A stretch of DNA of 63,647 nt, counting the filler, from Chrysochromulina tobinii (lineage: Eukaryota), in assembly GCA_001275005.1 (NCBI GenBank). It is 5 parts of 5 records of this genome, joined end to end, with 100 filler letters (N's around TTAATTAATTAA, not from the genome) between each part and the next. Parts side by side here need not be neighbours in the genome. Positions count along the whole stretch, not along the records: positions 42,559 to 61,005 come from JWZX01001355.1; 4 more parts are not named here. The stretch is one strand, 5' to 3'. Positions 47,548 to 57,800 of the stretch are shown in pieces (position 1 is the stretch's first letter; each line of letters begins with the position of its first letter). The notes beneath the pieces are model-generated. The model was given only the letters and a program-made list of their open reading frames with translations. It did no database searches and was not told the origin of the DNA. The translations under genes and the position numbers were made by a program.

Positions 47548-48948
47548 TCACGCGGCGATGCGCGTGCTCACTGTTGTCTCGTGATTCTGTCGGCGCTGCT
47601 CGCGGCGGCGCTCCCGCTCTTCAGCAGCTGAACGGCGTGCCTTGCGCTTGTCTTCCGATAAGGCCGAGTGCTTTTGTCGCTCCGAGCCGCCCTTCGGCAC
47701 GCCATGCCCGCGCACGCTCGCCTCCACGTCAAACGCGGGCCCCACATCCAGCCACACACGCACGGCCCGTGCAACCGCGCAGATTCGCGCATCGAGAAAA
47801 TCCACCTCTGGAGAGAGTCCACAGCACAAGTCATGCCACACGAAGTTGCAACACGGCAACTGCACGACCGTGATGGCCGGGGCGCGCCCCGACGCTTGCT
47901 GTGCCGCTGCGGCGGCGCGTGTGTACCGAATGCAGCCGAGGGCCGCATCAGGTGTCACATGGGCATGTGGCAACAGAACTACAAGGCGGCTGCGCGGTAC
48001 GACAGGCACGACCACCTCATTGGGTCGGCACGACGCCCGGCACGACGCCACAGGCTGAGGCGTGGGCGAGGGGTCGGCCAGATCAGGCCAGGCCAGGCCA
48101 AGGTCACACGGTGGCTCTGGCAGGGTGAGTCGCACGCAGGCCTGCTCGACGGTACTGGCGATCAACGAGAGCCTCTCGATCTGTAAGAGGTCCGCTCGTA
48201 GCATCGCCCGGCGCGCCCTCGCACGTTCATGCTGCTCCTGAGCTTCTAGTCGAGGGTGGCGCAGCTCTTTTGGCAGCGTGCGGTAGTCCGGTGCGGACGC
48301 GTCGGGCTCGCATGCGGCGGACGCGTCGGGCTCGCATGCGGCGCACGCCGGCGATGGTGTGCCGGCTGTGGCTGTATTGTCGACGAGTCCGTGCAGGGCG
48401 GGATCTATGGAGACCACTGTCCACCTCGTGCGCATCGCGAGGAGTGCGGCCGTCCGCGGCGTGCGGCCGTCACCAATGACGATCGCCACCACGTCTGAGT
48501 CGGCGAGCAACGGCTGACCGTCGGCGAGTTGCTCAGTGACCGCCGCCAAGCAGGCCATCGACTCAGAGATTTCTTGCATATTCGGGAATAGGTTCATGCC
48601 GAGTAGCGTGCGCCCGCACTCCCACCGAAGGAACGTGTCTATCAGTCTCGGATTGATGCTCAAGAGGCCGCTCGCGTCCTTTGCTGCGAAAAACCGCGGG
48701 TCGCCGTGCTGCGGGATGGCGTCTTTGGGCGTGCGGCTCTTCTTTGGCGCTCGCTCCATGGGATGACGGTGTGCGAAAGAGCGCTCGCTCAGCTGTGGGA
48801 GTGCCGATATACAATGCTTCGTAATCCTCCGATGGCGGCGGTATCTGGTGTAGAGAATAGCAGCGGCTAATGTTGAGAGCACGACGACCACGGCCTTGTT
48901 CGCGCTCGTCGCCATCAGAACGCGGTTTGGGTGCCGTGCTCTCAACAT
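47548..48948 (-). CDS. Conserved hypothetical protein, possibly methyltransferase-like, with N-terminal TM
   Basis: LFPNMQEISES, IVIGDGRTPRTAALLA, VVSIDPAL, LPHAH, QLPCC. Confidence 0.55.
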   Translation of the reverse strand: MLRARHPNRVLMATSANKAVVVVLSTLAAAILYTRYRRHRRITKHCISALPQLSERSFAHRHPMERAPKKSRTPKDAIPQHGDPRFFAAKDASGLLSINPRLIDTFLRWECGRTLLGMNLFPNMQEISESMACLAAVTEQLADGQPLLADSDVVAIVIGDGRTPRTAALLAMRTRWTVVSIDPALHGLVDNTATAGTPSPACAACEPDASAACEPDASAPDYRTLPKELRHPRLEAQEQHERARARRAMLRADLLQIERLSLIASTVEQACVRLTLPEPPCDLGLAWPDLADPSPTPQPVASCRASCRPNEVVVPVVPRSRLVVLLPHAHVTPDAALGCIRYTRAAAAAQQASGRAPAITVVQLPCCNFVWHDLCCGLSPEVDFLDARICAVARAVRVWLDVGPAFDVEASVRGHGVPKGGSERQKHSALSEDKRKARRSAAEERERRREQRRQNHETTVSTRIAA

Positions 48949-49077
48949 GGCTGTGAAGGGACTTCAGCGCACGAAACTCCTTGTGAACGCGAACACCAAG
49001 TCCGCATGCATCACCTTTTCCTTTCCCGCTCGGCGATACGAGGCACGACACGTGGCAAATTAGATCAGCAATAATAA

Positions 49078-51849
49078 ATGTCGACCCTGTATTCGCGACA
49101 GCAGACCCGCGCAAGCGAGGTCAAAGCTGTGACGGCTCAGCGCTACGATGTCATCTTCGCCTTGAAAAGAACTCCAGAGCCTCTCATCAATTACCTCGTG
49201 AGTCGTCTGGCAGCTCTGGAGCTCGACGTCGTGCGACTCAGCGGCGGCGAGGGCAAGAGCACAGACACGACCACGTTCTTGTGTGTCACGGTGACTGGCT
49301 CCGTGCTCGAGCCTCTTGCTGAGCAGTTCCAGCTCCAGAAGATGCTCAACTCCGCTGCGGAGGGCAAGTGGTCGGAGACTGACTACCGCGTGCGCACCTT
49401 CACACGCGCAGACCGCGCCTCCTTCATGAATGCTGGTGTCGTCGAATTCTCGCCGACGGAGCGTGCATTCCTGCTGCAGAGCTGCCTCGAGACACGACTC
49501 GTTGCCGAAGAGGCCTGGCCGGCGGCCCTCGCCGCCGCGGGCTGCTCCGGTGCGGCCGACCACCCGAAGGCTGCCTGGCTCCTCGGCCCGAACTCAAATT
49601 CCAATTGGGATGGCCAGCTACCGCTGATCGGTGCGCTGACCGAGCTCGGGTATCTCGAGGCCACGTGGCCTGCGCACACCACCGGCCGGTACGAGAGCCT
49701 CGGCGTGCCGATGGTCGCCCCCGGGAAGCGTGCCATCGCGTGGGGTGCGTACCTTACGGGTCTGGTCACCCGTAGCCATTCGCTGCTCGACGTGAACTCG
49801 ATACGAGTCTACTGGGGCGATCAGGTTGCATACTACTTCGCGTGGCAGCTCTTCTACATCCGCATGCTGCTCCCCCTGGGTCTCCTCGGCCTCGTCATCC
49901 ACCTACGCCGGCCGGCAGACGTCACCGTCGATGACGACCCTTTCTTGCCACTCTTCTCGCTGGTCGCTGTGATATGGGCGATTTCGTTCGTCCAGGGCTG
50001 GCGCGGCAAGCAAGCCGAGCTAGCGTTCGCGTGGGGCAGCGCTGAGATGGGCGCCACCACCGAGCGCCTCCGGCCGAGCTTCCGAGGCAGAGAGGTCCTC
50101 GATCCGATCAGCGGACGGCTCATCCTAAAGGAGGCACGTTGGCGGCGCGCGCTGCGCTACACGATCTCGGGTACAATCTCGGTGCTTTGCCTCCTCGTGC
50201 CCGTGGTGGTCATGTTCGCCTCGCTCAACCTGCAGGGCTACATCACCGTCAACGACCGCGACTGGTTCGGCGTCCCTGTTTACATACCGCTCATCGCCAA
50301 GTTTGCCGCTCCAGGTGCCCTATTCGAACCGTCGTGGTTCCACTCCCTCCTAAGTGCCTCCTAATTGCCTCCTAATTGCCTCCTAATCGCCTCCTAATTG
50401 CCTCCAGGTGCCCTATTCGACCCGAATGGCACGTTAGGTCGTGCGCCGGTGCTGCTGCACGCGGTGACGATCAGTCTGCTCAACAAGGCCTACCGCTCGG
50501 TGGCACGTGCGCTGACGCGCCTCGAGAACCACCGCACGGAGCGCCCGTTTGAAGCGTCACTCCTGCTCAAGCGATTCGCCTTCGAGTCACTCGACTGCTA
50601 CCTCGCGCTATTCTACATCGCCTTCGAGCTCCAAGACGTGCCTCGGCTGCGCCTCGAGCTGATCGCGCTCTACACGACAGACACGGCGCGTCGCGTGCTG
50701 TGCGAGACTCTATTGCCGTTACTGCTGCACTGGCGCGCTGCTCGTGCCTCGCATGCCTTCGCCGCCGACGAGGCCGCGGCTGCCGATGGTGCCCACCACA
50801 GCGCCGCGGCCGCTTCGTCCTCAGCGGGCGGCAGCGTGAAGGGCCCGACGTCGGGTGCCAGCGGCGTCGCTCACAGCGGCGTCGCTCACAACGGCTTGGC
50901 GACGGATCACCCCGTGCTCACGCGTCGGGCGTCGACGCAGAATGACGAGAGCCTGTCGCCGACGGCCACCCGGCACGCTCGCCTGCTCGAGCCGCACGGC
51001 GAGGGGGCTGCCAAATCGAGCAGCTTGATCGTGACGACGAAACTGGCGGCGCGCCAGCTCGCGATCTCCGCCGAGCTCGAGCTCGAGGTGTATCAGGACT
51101 TTGATGACTACCTTGAGATGGTCATCCAATTCGGCTACGTCACCCTCTTCGCTTCAGCCTTCCCGCTCGCTGCGATCGTCTCCTTTGCATGCAATGTCCT
51201 CGAGCTGCTCTCAGATGCGTTCAAGCTCGTCTCCCTGCACCGGCGGCCGCGCCCGCACCGCACTGCCTCCATTGGCGGCTGGGGCGTCTGCCTCTTCGTC
51301 CTGTGCGTCGCGTCCATCTACACCAACCTCTTCATCTGCGCCATCTCGAGCGATCAATTGGCGGCGGTGCTGCCCTCGCTCTTCACCGTGCCGTCGAGCA
51401 AGAAGGTCCCTCACAGAGGCTGGCTTGGTGGCGGCCAACCGAACCGACCGACTTCCGGTGAGCATGAGATGAAGGCGGGAAAGGGTCGGTATGTCGTGCT
51501 CCTGTGCGTAGCGGTCGAGCACGCCATGTTCCTATTGCTCCTGGCGGGCGAGTGGATGCTCGCTCGCCCGCCCGCATGGGTACAGCTCGTTCTCAAGCGG
51601 CGCGAGTACGAGCAACGAGAGGCACGCCATAAGGACAGCATCAACGTCGCCGAAGGTACCAAGAAGCTCAAGGACGCGGCCTTCGTCAAGGAGCGAGACG
51701 CCATCGAGCAGGAGCGGAAGGAGACGGAGGCACGTGCGCGGGACAAGGCGGCCAAGGAGCGTGAGTCGAAGGAGCGCTCGAGACAGCGCGAGGCCGAGGC
51801 CGAGGCGCGAGCCCGATTGCTTCGCCAATCTATCCTATCTGGAGAGTGA
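49078..51849 (+). CDS. Anoctamin/TMEM16 family protein (exons 49078-50314, 50408-51849)
   Basis: IRVYWGDQVAYYFAW, LTRLENHRT, LFYIAF, FDDYLEMVIQFGYVTLFASAFPLA, DAFKL...RRP...SIGGW, VEH. Phase-1 intron 50315-50407. Confidence 0.93.
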
Positions 51850-52709
51850 CGAGTCTGATTGCTTCGCCAATCTATCCTATCTGGAGAGTGACGATGAGTT
51901 GATGTGGAATGGAGGCCTGACGCGGATGGCGGAAGACGCAAAGTGGAGTCGTCAGTCGAGCGCGACACGCTTACGACTTCGTGAAGAGCTGGGCTATTCG
52001 GTCTTCTCTGCATGAACGCATGTCCGTGACTGCGTCCGACACATAGCGTCAGCGTGGATGCGCGATGCGTGTCAACAGGCTGGGGTTGAGAGTGTCGCAG
52101 TCCATGACGCGCGAATGGCCTCAGGCATTGCGATGTAAGGTCCCCGCCCCATGAGGACAGCGCGCGACAGGCATGGCGTGGTGCTGTGCCTGTGGCGCGT
52201 GGGGCCCGTCTCCCGCCCTCCCCCGACAGGCGGCACGTACCGTACAGTAGGTAGCACAACGCTCACGCCACGCGCGGGGCACCGACCAAGCCAAAGCGCG
52301 CGCGCTCCCAACAGTCTGCAACTCCCGTGTCCCAAACCCGGAACCGGCCCACGGATCCGATCCCGCGCCGCCGCCGGCGAGGCCTCCGCGCCGGGACCGG
52401 AATCCCGTCCCGGGATCGGATTAGATCGCGTCGGAACTCGGATCGGATCGTCTTTGCCCACGGGGACTAGCACTACGCGTGAGCGGTCGTGCACACTTTA
52501 ATGGGAGTCTTTCGGTATCACACCTTACTCAAGAGCCGAGCGTGAGGGGACCAACTTCCTCGCACAACCAACCACCACCCCGGGCCACCCCTGGCCTCGC
52601 CTTCGGCGTACGGCGATCGTCCGACTCGCCCAGAAATAATCATCGTGTTTCGTCTCTACCGTCTGTCCTCCCTCTGCCGTGTGGCAGTCGAGCTCCTCAC
52701 ACGGCTGCG

Positions 52710-54431
52710 TCACGGCTCGCTGCGCATGGCTGCGTCGTCCGCAGCTAGAGGCTCGGTGGCGGGCTCGGTGGCGGGCTCGGTGGCCATCATATCAGCTATC
52801 TCCTCCTTGAGCTTCTCCTTGGGGCCAAACACAGCCGCCGCCGCATCCTCGATGCTGCCATTCGGCGCGGACACCTTCGAGAGCAACGATACATCCTTCC
52901 TCGCCATGAGACGCAGTGCTTTCCACTGGAACGCCTTGTCGTTCTTCAGCTTATACTCCTCCTCAATGCCTGCTTCGGGGTCCATTTGCTCGTGAACGGG
53001 CTTGAGATACGTCTCGAGTGAGGGCATGTAGTCCTTCTGGCCGATCGCCTCGAGCGAGTTCCCGCCCATATTCCACAGCCGCGTGAGCGACGCATTCCCA
53101 AGTTGCATGCGCTTGCCAGCACCCACGCCGCCCGTCGAGCGCCGTTTGCGCGAGCCCTCGACTTCAGAACGCGACAAGGAGGCCGCCTCCTTGTCGAAAG
53201 CCGCACACCCTGCCGCTTTCCACTTGGTCCAGTGCTCCTCTCGCTCCAGCATCGTGAGCACAGCCGCGGCAAACTTGGCGCCCCCGGGCGGGATCGCCTT
53301 GAGCAATGCCACGCACTGGCTATGCAGCGCCTCGACGGTTTGTCTCTGGGCGGCGTTGAGGCTCTTGGCAGCGCCTGACGAATTCTTGCGCTCCGTCGAG
53401 ACGGCCTGCAAGAAGATGAGCAGCTGCACCAGAACGTGCCGCCGAAAGTAGCCGTCGCGCAGCTGCAGGGTCATGAGCTTCGACGACGTGAGGAATTTGG
53501 CAAAGTAGACCTCGGCTGTGTCGCCCGCATGCGCCTCATTCACAACGGCCAAGGTTTCGTTAATGACCGCCTCGCCGTTGGGCTGCGGAGCGTCTGCACC
53601 AGCCGGCAGCGCGCTCGACACCTCGCCGGCGCCCGAGAAGGAGCCGAACACCTGGAGCACCGTATTCAGCTGCACGACCAGGGGCTCCCACGCCTCCGGC
53701 TGCACGTGCGCCATCGGGTTCGTGAACGCCTGCTGCAGACCCCAAAACGTCGAATAGAAGCCGTAGTCAATGGCCTCGCCCCTCTCGGGATGGGAGCCGG
53801 CGGTGCCGTCGAGGACAGCCGCATCCTCCGCGGGCGGGACGGGTTCGAGCGACACGGACGAGGTGGCGACCGTGCCCTTGAGGTTCACGCCCGAGCGTTC
53901 GGCAAGGGGAAACGTGTACGCCATGAACATGAGGACACGCCCGCGAAAGTTGGTGTTCTTCGACTTGGAGAGGCGGCGGAGCAGCTCGTTGCACGTGCGC
54001 AAGATGGTGAGCTTGCCCTTGGCATGCTTCTGGTCGGCGGAGAGAAGCTGCGCGAGCGCCGCCGCCCGAGCTTCCACTAGAGCAAACGCAGCCTCAGCCG
54101 CGGAGACGACGTTGGCGTCGAACAGGTCTTCGAGCAAGGCGAACGGAGTGTTCGGGTCAGATACCTCCGCATGTGCGAGGGCAATGGCCACGTCGAGCAG
54201 GCGCGGCACGCCGACCGCTTCAATAGAATGGCCCCTCAACTTGGATCGCTTGAGGAGCGTGTCAAGCTGAGTCCGCAGCGCAAGTTCAAGCACAGTGCGA
54301 TCGCGATCGCCGAGGGGGCGGGCTTCCCCTCCGCGCTCTGACTCGAGCGTGCGCTGGACAGCGCTTACGCTTTCGTCGATCTCTTCCGAGCTCTCTTCGG
54401 TGATGCGGCTGAGTAGAGCGACGAGAGCCAT
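52710..54431 (-). CDS. THOC1: THO complex subunit 1 (THOC1/Hpr1)
   Basis: LRTCNELLRRLSK..NTNFRGRVLMF...FPLAERSGVNLKG, FAKFLTSSKLM.LQL.D..FRR, EREEHWTKWK..GC, FQWKALRLMA. Confidence 0.92.
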   Translation of the reverse strand: MALVALLSRITEESSEEIDESVSAVQRTLESERGGEARPLGDRDRTVLELALRTQLDTLLKRSKLRGHSIEAVGVPRLLDVAIALAHAEVSDPNTPFALLEDLFDANVVSAAEAAFALVEARAAALAQLLSADQKHAKGKLTILRTCNELLRRLSKSKNTNFRGRVLMFMAYTFPLAERSGVNLKGTVATSSVSLEPVPPAEDAAVLDGTAGSHPERGEAIDYGFYSTFWGLQQAFTNPMAHVQPEAWEPLVVQLNTVLQVFGSFSGAGEVSSALPAGADAPQPNGEAVINETLAVVNEAHAGDTAEVYFAKFLTSSKLMTLQLRDGYFRRHVLVQLLIFLQAVSTERKNSSGAAKSLNAAQRQTVEALHSQCVALLKAIPPGGAKFAAAVLTMLEREEHWTKWKAAGCAAFDKEAASLSRSEVEGSRKRRSTGGVGAGKRMQLGNASLTRLWNMGGNSLEAIGQKDYMPSLETYLKPVHEQMDPEAGIEEEYKLKNDKAFQWKALRLMARKDVSLLSKVSAPNGSIEDAAAAVFGPKEKLKEEIADMMATEPATEPATEPLAADDAAMRSEP

Positions 54432-54828
54432 GCGTCTCGCGGCAAGCGGCGCGCGCGCGAGGAGGCACTGCGTAGTCACGTGAATTGTAAACGTCGGGAC
54501 GCCGTTACGACCATCAAACGCTCTCGAAACGAGTCTCGCTGAGCTTTCAACAGGAAAATTGGACAGAGAACCGCGGCGCGAAAGGGAAGCCGTGGGTCAC
54601 TTGACTTGACTTGAATAAAATCATATTTCTTCAGACCGGTACTTTTATTTCCCCGAGGAACTCTCTCCAGTTCTCTCTCCACCACGTCCCGCTGCACCAC
54701 GTGGACAGCTGCTGCTGCTCGCTGTGCCTTCGAGCCCTCCGCCGTGCCGCGCGCTGCCACGGACCGTGCTGACCACGCCGCGTCCGTCCCACCCGCAGCC
54801 CTCCGCACGCAATCGACCAGGCGAGCGG

Positions 54829-57800
54829 ATGAGCCTCCTGGATGGTGACACGTACAAACGGCTCCACGTCGAGGTCCTCCCGCTGATCACGCCAGCAGTA
54901 GCCAGAGCGAGGGATGGGGTGCGCCGCATTTCGCGCGCGACACGCTCGGGACAGCGCCGCACGGGGCGAAGCGGTCGACGGGGCGGGGCAGGGGAAGGGC
55001 CGCAGGGGGAGGCGGCGGCGCGGCCGTTCGACTCCGCACATTCGCCATCGCTTGCGCGCGCCCCGCAAGCACCCTGTCCCTCACATCCGCCCCACCCACC
55101 TCATCGATCACCCTCCTCCTCTCATCGCTGCTGTGTACGCACAGTACGGGCACACGCCCCTTCACTTGGCCGCTCAATACAGCTCATCGGTGGAGGTGGT
55201 GCAGGCGCTCCTCGCGGCGTACCCGGAGGCCGCCTCGGCAAGGAACTATGTACGCCCCCCCCCTTGCCGCGTGGATAAGAGGCCCTTGGCGGTCATCATA
55301 GGTCATCATATGTAATCAAGGGCAATCGGGTGTCATCATTCGCAATCAGAGGGCACTCAGCGGCACTCAGAGGGCACTCAGCGGCACTCAGAGCCACTCG
55401 GTGGCCACTCAGTGGGCCCCTCAGAGGCCATCAGCGGGCCCCTCAGAGGCCATCAGAGGTACATCAGTGGCTCGTCAGAGGTGATCAGAGGTACTCAGAG
55501 GCACTCAGAGGTCATCAGAGACCACTCAGAGCCACTCAGAGCCACTCAGTGGCATTCAGAGGCACTCAGAGGCGCTCAGAGGGCCCTCGGCACGCGGTCT
55601 TCACCGCCCCTCGCCCTGCGTATAGCGCGTCTAAGCACCCTGTCCCTCACATCTGCTCCAGCCACGTTGTCGCTCACCCACCTCCTCTCATTGCTGCTGT
55701 GTAACACGCACAGAACGGGTGGACGCCCCTTCACTTGGCCGCTAGGTTCAGCTCATCGGTGGCGGTGGTGCAGGTGCTCCTCGCGGCGTACCCGGAGGCC
55801 GCCATGGCGACGGACAATGTACGCCGCCCAGCCCCCTTGCCGCGTGGATGAGAGGCCCTCAGCGGTCATCACAGGTCATCATATGTAATCAAGGGCAATC
55901 AGGGGGTCATCATTCGCAATCATATGGCAATCAGCGGCACTCAGAGGGCAATCAGCGGCACTCAGAGCCACTCAGAGGCCCTCAGCGGGCCCTCAGAGGC
56001 CTTCAGAGGTAATCGTGAGCAATCGGAGGTCATCAGAGACCAGTCAGAGGGCAGTCGGAGGTAATCAATAGCAATCAGTGGTCATCATCAGCAATCAGAT
56101 GGCAATCAACCGCACTCAGAGCCACTCAGAGCCACTCAGAGGCCATCAGAGGTCATCAACGGCATTCAGAGGCACTCAAAGGCACTCAAAGGCACTCAGA
56201 CGCCTTCAGACGCAATCACAGGCACTCAGACGCAATCAGAGGCAATCAGCGGCACTCAGCAGCACTCCGTGGGCTCTCAGCGGCCCCTCAGAGAGCACCA
56301 GGACCCGAGACGGCCACGATGACCCAGATTGCCAGCGCCATCATTGGTGGCGCGACGGCGGCGGCGCGCGCGCGCGCCGCCGTTTGCTTCGCCATCGTCG
56401 TGCGCACCTCCCCATCCCTTTCGCCGCTGACGACCCTCACTCCGGCCGCCGCCCTCGTTCTCCGCGTGCCCGCGCCGCAGAAAGGCGAGACGCCGGCCGA
56501 CTGGGCCGCCAAGCGGCCAGACGCCGAGGTCAAGGCCTTCTTCGCGAGGGCGACGCCGCGGCGCGAGGCAGAGCGGCGTGAGGCGGAGCGGCGCGAGGCA
56601 GAGCAGCACGAGGCGGAACGGCGCGAGGCAGAGCGGCGCGAGGCTGAGCGGCGCAAGGCGGAGCGGCGCGAGGCGGAGCGGCGCGAGGCGGAGCGGCGCG
56701 AGGCGGAGCGGCGCGAGGCAGAGCCCCCCCCCGATCCCTGGCGCCAGGGATTCCACCCGGGCGTCGAATGCAACCGCTCGGGCATGCTCCCGATCGTGGG
56801 CATGCGCTTCCACCTGCTCGGACACAACTACGACCTGTGCCAGGCGGAGTATGACAAGCTGAGCGCCGCCGAGAAGGGACAGTACGAGGCGATTCCGCCC
56901 CCTGTAGGCGGGTTCATGGGCGTGGCGAACGGCGCGCCGTCCGAGGTGGCAGCTAGAGCGGCGGAAAAGGAAGCGCACCAGAAGGCAAAGGAGGAGAAGG
57001 CAAAGGAGGAGAAGGAGCAGAAGCAGTGCCTCGGTAAGCGCCTCTTCCCGCTCATCTCCCAGGTCCAGCCGGTTCGGGCACGCAAGATCACGGGCATGCT
57101 CCTCGAGATGGGCAACGGCGAGCTGCTCCACCTGCTCAAGTCACCCGAGGCGCTCAAGGCCAAGGTCATGGAGGCGGTCTCCGTGCTCGAGATGCACGCA
57201 AGCGGCTTTGCCGAAGCTGAAGCTTTCGATCAGCGGCGCGAGGCAGAGCGGCGTGAGGCAGAGCGGCGCGAGGCAGAAGTCGAGGCCGCCGTCGCCAGCC
57301 AAGATGTCGTCGCCCTCCGACAGCTCATGCATGCAAGTGCTCACCACGACGCCGATGGGTCTCAGCGGCGGGCGCCCACCGCGGCGCTCCCCGCCCATCT
57401 GCACCGGGCCGCGTACACGCTGCTGCTGCGTCATGCTCTCGACTCGCCGGATCCTCCTATGGACGCTGTGGATCGTGCAGATGCGGAAGGCAGCGCAGCA
57501 GCTCAGATCGAGTATGCGCTTCGCGGCTTCACTGGCGACAGTTACGACCTCATCACCCGCGGTGTGCTGCGGCTGCACGAGATCACGCACCTGCAGGCGC
57601 GTCGCCCCGCAAGAGGCGGCTGGCAAGCTGCATGGTCTGAGGCGCACACACTCCTCGGCCAGCTGTGCGACTCCGCCGGCACGTCCATGGGCGGCTCCGC
57701 CTCTTCCGCCGCTGCGCTCTCCGTGAGCCTCGCATCGGAGCATGGCTTGACTGAGCTCATCGCGCTTCTGCGCGCCGCTGAAGAGGATGGCGAGCTCACG

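Noticed and set aside
51815..51893. ~38-bp duplication spanning the anoctamin stop codon as a regulatory element
   Set aside because: Real, but best explained by the same local duplication tendency. No coding effect.
56319..56480. ATG 56319 as the start of the kinase gene
   Set aside because: It lies in an intron. The acceptor at 56480 joins upstream ankyrin exons in frame.
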